Positions 38,874 through 48,678 of a DNA stretch of 64,000 bases are shown one piece after another. The DNA is from an uncultured Candidatus Saccharibacteria bacterium (GTDB lineage Bacteria; Patescibacteriota; WWE3; CAZQFB01). A program made the position numbers and the translations under genes. Position 1 is the first letter of the stretch. The number at the start of each line of letters is the position of its first letter. The notes under the pieces are model-generated. The model did not search any database, was not told the origin of the DNA, and saw only the letters and a list, made by a program, of their open reading frames with translations. The stretch covers positions 212,413 to 276,412 of the forward strand of contig CAZQFB010000001.1 of assembly GCA_964592525.1 (NCBI GenBank). Reading direction: 5' to 3'.

Positions 38874-39998
38874 TCAAATGCGTTTGGAGAGGTTTTGCCA
38901 AGAGTAATAATTGGCAATGTACTCTCTATTTACAGGGGAGTTAATGTCTTCCTCTACAGCTAGCTTCAAGCTTAAAGGATCAACTTGCTTCAGAAGATGT
39001 AAACCCTCAAGATCTTGTTGGGGTTTGAAACCTGATGCCACTACAGGTACTCCACAAGCGAGAGCCTCCAGGACTACTTTGGGAAAACCCTCATACGAGG
39101 AGGGTAGGAGCAAAATATCCGCCGTGCGATAGTAGTCTGCCAAGGGGTATGGAACATAACCGGCAAAGCGTACTCTCTGCTCTAATCCTTTATCCTCCAC
39201 CAGGGTTTTGAGTTTCATTTCATAATCCTTGTTGCCACTACCCACGATGAGTAACTTGTAGTGGGGCTCAAGATCCGTGAGGGTTTCAAGTGCCACCTCC
39301 AGACCCTTTCTTTCGTTTAAAGTGCCCACATAAAGAAGGATGCGATCATTTTCCATATAACCCAGCTCTCGCTTTAAGTTTTTGCCCTGGGGGTTAAAGG
39401 TATGGGGATTGACACCATTTTCCAGCACGGTGATGTGCTCTTCCGTAACTTTGTAATAATTAATCGCTTCCTCTTTAATGTTTTCTCCGGTGACAAAGAT
39501 CTTATCTGCCACCTTGCAACCTAAACGGTCGGAAAGCTCGTGCAGAGGCCATTCAAACCACTTTTCCAGAAAAGAGACTCTATCTCCCTTGAGTTTGGCT
39601 TGTTCTTTTCTACCCCTAGCGGTGACGTGCAAAAAGAAATAGTAGGGGGTTTTCCTAAAAGGTCTAAATAGAAATCTAATTCGGTGGTAACAGGCAGGTA
39701 AATGGCCATGACCCTGGATTAGATCATAGTGACCAAAGAGCAGTTCTTTGATGATGATGATTAAAGCGAGGGGGGCGGTGGTGATGAGCATGGTATGAGG
39801 AATAATTTCCCTGGGGATTCTAATTAGTCTCAAGCCTTCAGGTAAAGGAGGAAGTTTGGGTTTGGCTTTTGGCCAGTGACCACAAATCACCGTGACCTGG
39901 TGCCCCTGCTCAACCTGGGCTAGTGAAAGCTCATATGGAAATGGCGCTAAACCATTCCAAGGAGGTGGGAAGTCATAAATTATTCTTAAAATCTTCAT
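38874..39998 (-). CDS. GT4 family glycosyltransferase
   Basis: LLLPSSYEGFPKVVLEALACGVPVVASGF. Confidence 0.7.
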   Translation of the reverse strand: MKILRIIYDFPPPWNGLAPFPYELSLAQVEQGHQVTVICGHWPKAKPKLPPLPEGLRLIRIPREIIPHTMLITTAPLALIIIIKELLFGHYDLIQGHGHLPACYHRIRFLFRPFRKTPYYFFLHVTARGRKEQAKLKGDRVSFLEKWFEWPLHELSDRLGCKVADKIFVTGENIKEEAINYYKVTEEHITVLENGVNPHTFNPQGKNLKRELGYMENDRILLYVGTLNERKGLEVALETLTDLEPHYKLLIVGSGNKDYEMKLKTLVEDKGLEQRVRFAGYVPYPLADYYRTADILLLPSSYEGFPKVVLEALACGVPVVASGFKPQQDLEGLHLLKQVDPLSLKLAVEEDINSPVNREYIANYYSWQNLSKRI

Positions 39999-40026
39999 CT
40001 ATTTGGCAGTATAGCATCCGCAAGGG

Positions 40027-41241
40027 ATGCTACAATATCTGTGTATGACTACGCACAACATAGTATGCCTTTCGACCCAGCTTTGGGATGATCCCATGTG
40101 GACCAACAAACAGCACGTCATGAGCCGTTTGGCCAAAAGGGGTCATAAAATTATGTATGTTGATCCTCTCATCAGGATTAGGATGCTAGCCAGTAACATG
40201 GTCTTCAAAAGGAGATATTCTCCTAAAAGGCTTTTCACCTTTAAAAAAGAAGTAGAGAATAATCTCACAGTTTTATCTCCCGTGAAGTTTCTCTTTTCAA
40301 AAGAGAGGGAAAGAAGATTTAATTTGAAATTGATTAATAGAACAATCAGTCAGTCTGCAATCAATAAACCCATTCTCTGGGTTTATGATCCCGATTTTGC
40401 TGATTATGTGGAGCAGATACCCCATCAACTACTTATATATGATTGTGTGGATGATTACTCAAACATGCCCCAGGAACGTTACCCCGATAACAAAAAAGCA
40501 GAGATCATTGAAAAGGAGAAGAAGCTTATTAAAAGAGCAGATTTGGTTTTTGCCACTTCGCCTTTTCTTTATAAATTAAGAAAAGAGCAAAACCCAAATA
40601 CTTACTACACTCCCAATGTGGCGGATTTTGAGCATAACAGCCAAGCTCTTAAAGAAACGTTAGCCGTACCTGAAGAAATCAAAGATTTAGCCAAACCAAT
40701 CATAGGTTTTCAAGGTAATCTTTCTGCCTATAAATTTGATTTTGATTTGCTTGAAGCCGTTATCGCTAGTCACCCAGAATGGTCCTTTGTGTTTATTGGG
40801 CCGGTGGAAACCAGTAAAACCCTGACCGATACCTCTCGTAACACTCAAGTAGCTAAGCTGGAAAAACATGAAAACACACACTTTTTAGGTGTCCAACCTT
40901 ATGAACGATTACCCGCCTTTTACAAAGCTTTTGATGTCGCTATCATGCCCAATAAACAAAATGATTATAACCGCAGTTCATTTCCGCTTAAATTTTTTGA
41001 GTTTCTAGGAGCTGGTTTACCGGTGGTAATGACAAAATTACCTGCTTTGGCAGAATTTTATAATACTTCTGGAGTCTATGTTTCCGTTAGTGTGCAAGAT
41101 TTTATTAGGAACTTAGAGGAAGCTGTAACTAAAGGTCGCGCTTTTAGTCAAGAGGATAGATTGGTGCTCGCTAAACAGTACTCCTGGGAAAGTAAGATAG
41201 ATACTATGATAGCTTTGATTGAGGAAAGACTTAATAAATGA
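40027..41241 (+). CDS. GT-B fold glycosyltransferase (GT4-like)
   Basis: The C-terminal FFEFLGAGLPVVMTKLPALAEFY has a GT-B architecture. Confidence 0.5.
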   Translation: MLQYLCMTTHNIVCLSTQLWDDPMWTNKQHVMSRLAKRGHKIMYVDPLIRIRMLASNMVFKRRYSPKRLFTFKKEVENNLTVLSPVKFLFSKERERRFNLKLINRTISQSAINKPILWVYDPDFADYVEQIPHQLLIYDCVDDYSNMPQERYPDNKKAEIIEKEKKLIKRADLVFATSPFLYKLRKEQNPNTYYTPNVADFEHNSQALKETLAVPEEIKDLAKPIIGFQGNLSAYKFDFDLLEAVIASHPEWSFVFIGPVETSKTLTDTSRNTQVAKLEKHENTHFLGVQPYERLPAFYKAFDVAIMPNKQNDYNRSSFPLKFFEFLGAGLPVVMTKLPALAEFYNTSGVYVSVSVQDFIRNLEEAVTKGRAFSQEDRLVLAKQYSWESKIDTMIALIEERLNK

Positions 41242-42470
41242 TTTCGGATAAAGTTCAAAAAATACTGGTCATACTGCTTCTTGTTATTATGGGCGTGTAC
41301 TTGTGTTGGATGATTTTGGCTGGCTTTTTAAACCAGGGGGTGTCGGACTTTGCCACTTATTATCATGCTACAACTTTCGCACTGGCAGAGGATTGGAGGA
41401 ATCCTTACAGCAATCTTGCTCCTTTTCCTCCTTACTATTACCCACCACCGTCAATTCTGCTCTTTGCACCACTTACTTGGATGGATCGGACCATAGCTAA
41501 AACCGTTTTCTCCTCATTATCTGTGGTGGTCATGTTTTTATCGGTGTGGTTGATCATTAAGTTGAGAGGCGAGTCTCTAAGTGATCTACAAAAAACTATC
41601 TGTTACGCGATACCTGTCTTTTTCTACCCCTTCTGGTTTACTGTGGACGATGGTCAAGTAAACGCCTATCTCCTGTTATTGATCACCCTAACCTACTATT
41701 TTTATGAAAAAAATCGGGGGGTACTATCCGGGATGTTCCTTTCCCTTGCTATTCTTTTCAAAATAACCCCAGCGCTGATGGCTGTTTATTTATTGTTTAA
41801 GAAAAAGTACAAGATCATTTTGGTGGGTGGCTTGGTGTTTATTGTGCTGACTGTTGCCTCCGAGATGAGGTTGAAACCAGGGATAAATTGGATGTATTGG
41901 CGGTACATTGTTAATGATGTTTCGGCGCAAGGCGGTCCTGGTTATCGAGATCAGTCTCTTAATTCTTTTATTATGGAAACTGGGATAGTTGAATATCTCT
42001 GGGAAAATAAATTAAGGTATTTGTCTTTGCCCTCAAAAGTTGATGAACACGTGGTGACCAACCTGGTTAATTATGCCATTGTGGGGGTACTTTCACTATT
42101 TATATTTTTCAAATCTATTAAAGAGAAGGTGACCGAAACTTCAACTATTATTTATGAGTATTCCTTGCTGACTATTATTGCTGTAGTTGGGTCTGGGTTA
42201 ACCTGGTATCACCAATATACCATGCTCCTATTTCCATTTTTAATAGCGGTGATTGCAGTGATGAGAATGATCCCGTCCAAGAGACGCGTGATTTTAACTT
42301 TTATTCTTGCCGTGGCTTATGTCTTAATGGCAGTTAGTTTAGAAAGGCAAATCAATGTTGCTGATAGGTTGGTTGATTTTCAAAGGGGTGTGATGTTTTA
42401 TGGGGCTGTTTTAACGGCTTTAGTTCTGGGGTACTTTAGATATAGCCCTAGTTTTAAGGAGAGAAAATGA
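41238..42470 (+). CDS. DUF2029 / GT87-like membrane glycosyltransferase
   Basis: The N-terminus VSDFATYYHATTFALAEDWRNPY...YPPPSILLFAPL matches the DUF2029 DF-x2-YY...NPY...YPP pattern. The protein is polytopic. Confidence 0.5.
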   Translation: MISDKVQKILVILLLVIMGVYLCWMILAGFLNQGVSDFATYYHATTFALAEDWRNPYSNLAPFPPYYYPPPSILLFAPLTWMDRTIAKTVFSSLSVVVMFLSVWLIIKLRGESLSDLQKTICYAIPVFFYPFWFTVDDGQVNAYLLLLITLTYYFYEKNRGVLSGMFLSLAILFKITPALMAVYLLFKKKYKIILVGGLVFIVLTVASEMRLKPGINWMYWRYIVNDVSAQGGPGYRDQSLNSFIMETGIVEYLWENKLRYLSLPSKVDEHVVTNLVNYAIVGVLSLFIFFKSIKEKVTETSTIIYEYSLLTIIAVVGSGLTWYHQYTMLLFPFLIAVIAVMRMIPSKRRVILTFILAVAYVLMAVSLERQINVADRLVDFQRGVMFYGAVLTALVLGYFRYSPSFKERK

Positions 42471-43615
42471 AAATTGCTTATGTCCTTAATTCCGGTAACG
42501 TAGGAGGTGCCGAGAAACATGTTTTGGATTTAGTTGAGGGATTTAGTCATGATAATGAGGTAGTGGTGGTATGTCCTGAAGGGGAGATGGTTAATAAATA
42601 TAAACTGGCTGGGGCGGATGTTATCATTGACAAACCCTCTTTTGACATTGATATCTTCTATATTTTCAGACTGAAGAGGTTACTTGTATCCAGGTCAATA
42701 GATATTGCTCATCTACATCAGCTCAAGACAGTAATAAATGGGTTGATCTCGGCTAGTCTAGCTCAAACTAAGGTTAAGATTGCACATATCCACTCTCCCC
42801 TTTCTAAGTGGCAAATCCCTTTATATAAAAAGATATTGGATCTATTGATGAACTTCCTGGTGGTAAATCTGCTGGCGGATGTTGTGATAGCCCTTACCGA
42901 GGAAACAAAGCAGGAAAGGATGCGGGGTGAACATATTCGCGAAGATTTGATCAGAGTCATTCCCAACGGAGTGACAATTGAAAAGATAAAGCCTCAAGCG
43001 CACGATATGGAAGAGGCAGGAGTGTGGTTGAGAAAGAAGTACCAGCTAAATAAAGAGTATTTAGTTGGTACCTTAAGTAGATTAACGGAAGAGAAAGGGA
43101 CGGATGTATTCATAAAGGCTATTTCAAGAATGCCTGCTTTGGATGAGAATCTGTATCGAAATTGTCATTTTTTTATTGCTGGGGAGGGTCATTTACGGGG
43201 TGAGTTGGAGAAGTTGGTCAAATCAACAAACCTTGAAAGTATGGTGACTTTTCTTGGCTTTCTTTCAGAGGATGACCATGCAAAGTATTTTAAGTCCTTG
43301 AATCTTTTTGTTTTTCCTACTCTCCATGAGGGTTTTGGGCTTGTTTTAGCCGAAGCGATGGCTTATGGGGTGGCTACCCTTTCCTCGGATCTCCCTGTCC
43401 TTAAGGAAATTACCAACGCTGGTCGATTTGGCAAACACTTTGCGCGGGGCAGTGAGGATGATTTGGCAGAAAAGATGATTTCACAGCTTAAGGGTGAAGA
43501 AGGCGATAGCGCTACGATCCTAGCGGCTCAACAATGGATCAAGCAAAACTACTCCAAAGAACTTTTTATAAGTAGGTATAGGAAGTTATATCAGGAGGCA
43601 TTGGGTAATAAATGA
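42467..43615 (+). CDS. GT4 family glycosyltransferase
   Basis: FVFPTLHEGFGLVLAEAMAYGVATLSSDLP. Confidence 0.75.
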   Translation: MKIAYVLNSGNVGGAEKHVLDLVEGFSHDNEVVVVCPEGEMVNKYKLAGADVIIDKPSFDIDIFYIFRLKRLLVSRSIDIAHLHQLKTVINGLISASLAQTKVKIAHIHSPLSKWQIPLYKKILDLLMNFLVVNLLADVVIALTEETKQERMRGEHIREDLIRVIPNGVTIEKIKPQAHDMEEAGVWLRKKYQLNKEYLVGTLSRLTEEKGTDVFIKAISRMPALDENLYRNCHFFIAGEGHLRGELEKLVKSTNLESMVTFLGFLSEDDHAKYFKSLNLFVFPTLHEGFGLVLAEAMAYGVATLSSDLPVLKEITNAGRFGKHFARGSEDDLAEKMISQLKGEEGDSATILAAQQWIKQNYSKELFISRYRKLYQEALGNK

Positions 43616-44754
43616 AGGTAGTTATTCCACTTAGAGTGGATGCTTATGATAAGCCAGGTGGTGATGTAGTTCACGCGGAAAAGATCATGGCTTCTTTAAC
43701 GAAACTAGGTGTTGAGGTGGCCATGACTACTGACTTAAAGCCAGATTTATCTGGGGTAGATCTGGTCCATCTTTTTAACATGGATTGGGTTAGAGATCCC
43801 TTAATGCAAGCTAGACATGCCTATCGGTACCAGGTGCCAATTGTGCTCACCCCAATCCACCACTCCTTTAGGGAGATAGATGGCTTTGAAAGACAGGAGA
43901 GATATGGTTTGAGAAGGCTGACTAATATTGTCCTAAGGTCTTATGAACAACGTGAAACAGCCAAAAACATTTACCGTGCCTTTGTTGAGTTGGATCGGCG
44001 CAAATGGTGGGGTACTCTTGGTCTACTTAAGCAGGGTCTAACAGCACAATATCAGGAGCTGTTATCTCTAGCTACGGTTGTCATGCCTAATACCTATTTG
44101 GAGGAGGCAGAGCTGGAGCGGGAATTTGGGGTGGAGATGGAGACAGTAGTAGTACCGGCAGGAGTTGATCCAAACTTTTTAAACGCTACGGCTGATTGGT
44201 TAAACCACAATTATCCCGAGGTACTTGCTCGCTTGGGTTCTGATTTTGTGGCGATGGTGGGACGGATTGAACCGCGTAAAAATCAATTAAGAGTGATTGA
44301 AGCCTTAGCGGTGGCAAAGATACCCTTGTTACTAGTAGGCGATTTCAACCCCCATCATTTTGAATATAGTTGGCGAGTTCAGCAGGCGTTGTTAAAAAAT
44401 AAGCAAACAGTACATTTGGAGAGTATTCCTCATCAGCATATCGGTTCGGTTTATGCCTCCTGCAAAGTCCATCTGTTAGCTAGTTGGTTTGAAACGACTG
44501 GTTTAGTTAATTTAGAAGCGGCTTTGGCTGGGGCAACGGTGGTGTCCACAAACAAAGGTTTTGGTAAAGAGTATCTGGCACAGCAAGCAATTTTAGTTGA
44601 TCCTGCTAGGTCTGAATCTATTTTGTGTGGGGTTGAAAAAGGGTTACGGGAGGGGCGTAATGACAAATTGCAGGCGCATATTTTGCAAAATTACACTTGG
44701 GATATTGTGGGCGAACAAACTTTAGCGGTGTACCAAAAAGTATTAAAGAAGTAG
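43612..44754 (+). CDS. GT-B fold glycosyltransferase (GT4-like)
   Basis: ETTGLVNLEAALAGATVVSTNKGFGKEYL. Confidence 0.6.
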   Translation: MKVVIPLRVDAYDKPGGDVVHAEKIMASLTKLGVEVAMTTDLKPDLSGVDLVHLFNMDWVRDPLMQARHAYRYQVPIVLTPIHHSFREIDGFERQERYGLRRLTNIVLRSYEQRETAKNIYRAFVELDRRKWWGTLGLLKQGLTAQYQELLSLATVVMPNTYLEEAELEREFGVEMETVVVPAGVDPNFLNATADWLNHNYPEVLARLGSDFVAMVGRIEPRKNQLRVIEALAVAKIPLLLVGDFNPHHFEYSWRVQQALLKNKQTVHLESIPHQHIGSVYASCKVHLLASWFETTGLVNLEAALAGATVVSTNKGFGKEYLAQQAILVDPARSESILCGVEKGLREGRNDKLQAHILQNYTWDIVGEQTLAVYQKVLKK

Positions 44755-44765
44755 TATAAAGAATA

Positions 44766-47555
44766 ATGGAACTAGCCTTTTTAACCTTACTTTTTTGTTG
44801 CCTAGCACTATACATTACCTCTCGTGATCTCAAGTGGGGGTTAGTGTTATTGGTGCTAACTCTCCCCTTAAATAATCGCTTGATGTTTGATTTATTTATT
44901 TCTCAACAACTATTACCGGTTAGGTTAGTTTTGGTAGCTGTGCTGATAGTGCTGCTTAAGAACACATGGCTTGCATACCACCCATTCTCTGTGAAAGAAA
45001 GGTGGTCTTCTCTACTTAAAATGGGGCGACAAGACCCATTTCTATTTTTACTGATAAGTTTGTTGGGGGTGCGGGTTTTGTCTTTAATCAATGTGATTAA
45101 CTTTAAATTTTCTTTAACCTTTATGGTTTTTTATCTGGCGATGATTGGCATGTATTTGGTGATGAAGTATGTTTATGCTCGTGAGGGGCGCGAATTTTTC
45201 TACCAACTTTTCCAACTTCATGCTGGGGTGGTGGTAGCTACGAGTTTGTTTAGTGTGGTGCAATTTTTCTTTTTTAAAGGTATTGGTAGAGTGTTGCCGG
45301 GAGTCTGGCCTTCCACCACCGAACCGACTAGGTTTGGGTCAACTTTTTGGGATATTAATCACTATGCTCCCTATGTAGGTAGTGTGATTCCTTATTTCTT
45401 GATAAGGCTGATTGCTGCTAAGACTAATAAGGAACGAGTATTATTTGGTTTTTGTTTTGGGCTGACTAATATCAGCTTGCTGATGACGTTGTCTCGAAGT
45501 GGTTGGTTAGGTTATGCTTTTGGGCTCGGTGTCTTTGGTTTGTTGCTGATAATCAGAAAGATGTGGCGTGGTTTTTCTTGGTATTTAGCTGCCATGATAT
45601 TGATTATGCTAGCCGCTTTAGCAGGGGATATGTACTTCAACCATCCGATCTCAAGAAGGATAAAATCCTTAGGTACTAATGTTTACAACGAATCTTTTAA
45701 TGCGCACCAAATTCTGAATAAAGGTCATTTTGAGTTGTTCTCTAGACATCCGGTGATTGGTTCTGGGTATGGTAACTTTAGTGACCAGTTTAGAACTACC
45801 CCACATGCGGCTAAATATTTTGAGATTGATCCGGTTGCAGAAGTGCGTTTGCCTTCTCATAGTGTCTGGTTAGAAATAATGTCTGAAACAGGGATGCTGG
45901 GATTAACCACATTTTTGGTCTTAGTGGCTTATGTTTTTAGACGGTTATTTTTAGCGATGAACACTAGTGAAGAGAAGTGGCGCTATCTAGGTGTAGCGCT
46001 GTTTGCCTCAATTGCTGGCATGTTATTTTCTTCTCTTTTTTACCACTATAACCTGGAGTATTTCTGGCTGATAATTTTCCTAGCGGTCTTTGTGGCGCGC
46101 AGTGTGTTGCCCACCGAACAGTATCAACCTCAAGATTACTTGGTCACCTTTTTACTGGTTGGTTTAGCCACTGCCATGATTTTTCCACAGCTGGGTAAGA
46201 ACGCTCTTATTGACTGGGATGAATCCATTTATGCACAAGTCGCCAAAAATATTGCTCGCTTTCGTGATCCGATCACCCTGCGTTGGCATTTAGAGAAATA
46301 TTGGTTTGAAAAGCCTCCGCTCTATTTTTGGTTCACAGCAGCGCTTTACTTGGTTCATGAGGTGTCTGAATTTTCAGCTCGCTTTTGGTCCGCACTGTCT
46401 GGTGTTTTGGGGGTAGTGCTCGTCTATTTTTTTGGTCGTGACTTAGCAGGTAGAGCTGTTGGGTTGGCTTCGGCACTGACCTTGCTCTCTACTGTTCATT
46501 GGTTGTTCCAGTCAAGAAATGGCACTTTAGATGTGATGGCAGCAACTTGTATAGTGGCCACACTTTGGTTGTTTTACCGAGCACGGACGCGGTTGAGGGA
46601 CTGGTGGTTGGTGGGAGTTGGTTTGGGTCTGACCTTGATGGTTAAAGGAGCCGTGGCAGCGGTTCCTTTATTGATTATGGTTATATTTGGGGGATATGAA
46701 TATTTTCTGCAGCAGAAAAAAAATTACTACCCCTGCCGACAGCTTTTTGTAAGAATACTGGTGCCTTTCAGTGTGCTTGTCTTACCCTGGCATATCGCTG
46801 TTATCTGGCTTCATGGTCGGCAATTTATTGATTCGTACTTTTTTTATCATGTTCTGCAACGATCAACCACTGGTATTGAGCAACATGGTCATTCTTTTTT
46901 CTGGTATTTGATTGTCATTAAAGTGTGGGCTAGACATAATTTTGTACTGCTGCTTGGCTCTTTAGCCTTACTGTTTACAAGTTGGCTGAAAAAAAGGCGC
47001 CGTGGTCTAAAAGCAAATACGCCAGAAGTGTTTTTGATTTTATATTTACTAGTAGCGTGGCTGATATTTTCCCTTTCGGCTTCAAAGATTCAGTGGTACA
47101 TTATGCCCTTGTATCCAGCGATGTCTTTAATTGTGGGTTATAGTTTGGTAATACTGTTTAGGTGGTTACCTTTGAAAAGGTTTATACCCATATTATTAAT
47201 GGTCTTGACTTTAAGTGTGCCTTTTTTTAAAGATCGTTATCAGTCACTATGGAATCTGGAAGATGCTTGGCGAGGCGTTGCCGAAGTTGTGCCTCATCTT
47301 AAGTATGAAGCGCGAAAAGTCTCCTCGCCGCGACTGTTAATAATTGATATGTCTCCAGGTCCGGCAATGTTTTACAGCCCCCATCCAACGGAAACAGGTA
47401 ACTTTTCAACGTTGGTTAAAGCGGCGGAAAGTGAGAACTCTTTCTTTGCCGTTGCTAGAGTAGGGCAAGCCGAAGATCTGATAAAGCTTTATCCGGAAAG
47501 GAAGGTTAAAATATATAAACAGTCTGAAGATTTTGCGCTGCTGGGTAGATGGTAA
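44766..47555 (+). CDS. fusion protein: N-terminal O-antigen ligase/polymerase-like (Wzy_C) domain + C-terminal PMT/ArnT-like GT-C domain
   Basis: The 929 aa protein has a first half containing LMTLSRSGWLGYAFGLGVFGLLL (Wzy_C/O-antigen ligase motif) and a long periplasmic loop. The second half contains IDWDESIYAQVAKNI...FEKPPLYFWF (DE motif plus KPPL, the ArnT/PMT signature). Confidence 0.55.
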   Translation: MELAFLTLLFCCLALYITSRDLKWGLVLLVLTLPLNNRLMFDLFISQQLLPVRLVLVAVLIVLLKNTWLAYHPFSVKERWSSLLKMGRQDPFLFLLISLLGVRVLSLINVINFKFSLTFMVFYLAMIGMYLVMKYVYAREGREFFYQLFQLHAGVVVATSLFSVVQFFFFKGIGRVLPGVWPSTTEPTRFGSTFWDINHYAPYVGSVIPYFLIRLIAAKTNKERVLFGFCFGLTNISLLMTLSRSGWLGYAFGLGVFGLLLIIRKMWRGFSWYLAAMILIMLAALAGDMYFNHPISRRIKSLGTNVYNESFNAHQILNKGHFELFSRHPVIGSGYGNFSDQFRTTPHAAKYFEIDPVAEVRLPSHSVWLEIMSETGMLGLTTFLVLVAYVFRRLFLAMNTSEEKWRYLGVALFASIAGMLFSSLFYHYNLEYFWLIIFLAVFVARSVLPTEQYQPQDYLVTFLLVGLATAMIFPQLGKNALIDWDESIYAQVAKNIARFRDPITLRWHLEKYWFEKPPLYFWFTAALYLVHEVSEFSARFWSALSGVLGVVLVYFFGRDLAGRAVGLASALTLLSTVHWLFQSRNGTLDVMAATCIVATLWLFYRARTRLRDWWLVGVGLGLTLMVKGAVAAVPLLIMVIFGGYEYFLQQKKNYYPCRQLFVRILVPFSVLVLPWHIAVIWLHGRQFIDSYFFYHVLQRSTTGIEQHGHSFFWYLIVIKVWARHNFVLLLGSLALLFTSWLKKRRRGLKANTPEVFLILYLLVAWLIFSLSASKIQWYIMPLYPAMSLIVGYSLVILFRWLPLKRFIPILLMVLTLSVPFFKDRYQSLWNLEDAWRGVAEVVPHLKYEARKVSSPRLLIIDMSPGPAMFYSPHPTETGNFSTLVKAAESENSFFAVARVGQAEDLIKLYPERKVKIYKQSEDFALLGRW

Positions 47556-47588
47556 GTTGGTTATAAGTTATTAGGTGTTAACTAGAGG

Positions 47589-48467
47589 ATGAAATTAAGT
47601 ATTATCACAGTTACCTACAACGTAGAAAGTGTGCTTGACGGTTATCTTAAATCGCTGGAGCAGAGTGAAGTCGGCTTAGGTCTATTGGCGGGGGAAGTGC
47701 TTGTAGTGGATAATGCCTCCGAGGATAATACGGTTGCACAGCTTAAAAAGTCTGCTGTACCGATAAAGATAATATGTTCAAAAGAAAATTTGGGTTTTTC
47801 CGCCGCTAATAATTTAGGGTTAAAAGAAGCTTGTGGCGAAAACCTCCTTTTCTTGAATCCAGATACGGAGTTTAAAGCAGGGGTGCTCACTACTCTCCTT
47901 GAGTACCTTGATGCTCACGAAGAGGTGGGTGCTGTTACACCACGAGTTTTGCTCCCCGATGGTCAAGATGACTTAAATACGCGTCGTAATTTTCCTACCC
48001 CCCTGTCAGCCCTTCAGCACTTTTTACATTTACCAGGCAGTGATTACTACATCACTAAAGAGCCAACACAAGAACAAGCGGTACCAGCTATTGGGGGTGC
48101 TTTTTTAATGGCTAAACAAGCGGTGGTGACAAAAGTTGGCTCCTGGGATGAGGATTTTTTCCTGTACGGAGAGGATTTGGATTATTGTTATCGTATCAAT
48201 GAAGCGGGTTATAAAATTATGTATGTACCTGCAGTGCAAATAACCCATTTGGGTGGGGTTAGTACGGGGATCAAAAAGAGTGGGGAGCGTTGGTCAAAAG
48301 CAAGCAAAAAACAAAAAAGAGCGATGGCTAAGTACTCTGTGGAGGCAATGGCGCTTTTTTACCAAAAACATCTAGCTAATAAACACAACTTGATCATCAA
48401 TGCTTTAGTGGCGTTTGGTTTTCGCGTTCTGTGTATGGTGCGTGTTCTTCAATTTTCTCTGAAGTGA
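47589..48467 (+). CDS. GT2 family glycosyltransferase (rhamnosyltransferase-like)
   Basis: LSIITVTYNVE...LVVDNASEDNT...FLNPDTEF...GGAFLMAK. Confidence 0.7.
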   Translation: MKLSIITVTYNVESVLDGYLKSLEQSEVGLGLLAGEVLVVDNASEDNTVAQLKKSAVPIKIICSKENLGFSAANNLGLKEACGENLLFLNPDTEFKAGVLTTLLEYLDAHEEVGAVTPRVLLPDGQDDLNTRRNFPTPLSALQHFLHLPGSDYYITKEPTQEQAVPAIGGAFLMAKQAVVTKVGSWDEDFFLYGEDLDYCYRINEAGYKIMYVPAVQITHLGGVSTGIKKSGERWSKASKKQKRAMAKYSVEAMALFYQKHLANKHNLIINALVAFGFRVLCMVRVLQFSLK

Positions 48468-48678
48468 ACCAGACAAAATTACTACTACTTGAGGAAAAGC
48501 ATCCTCTCTCTAGTGTCGCTTCTGTTAGCGCGTATGGGGATTTTGGTAAGGTTAGAGCTCGGGTGCGCAAGTAATATTTGCGTCGGGGTGTTTAGCTAGG
48601 CTGCTAAGCCAAGACAGCTCTTGTACGGTGAGGTTATGCAACTGCTTAAACAAATGTGTCATGTAAGTATGACAGCTA

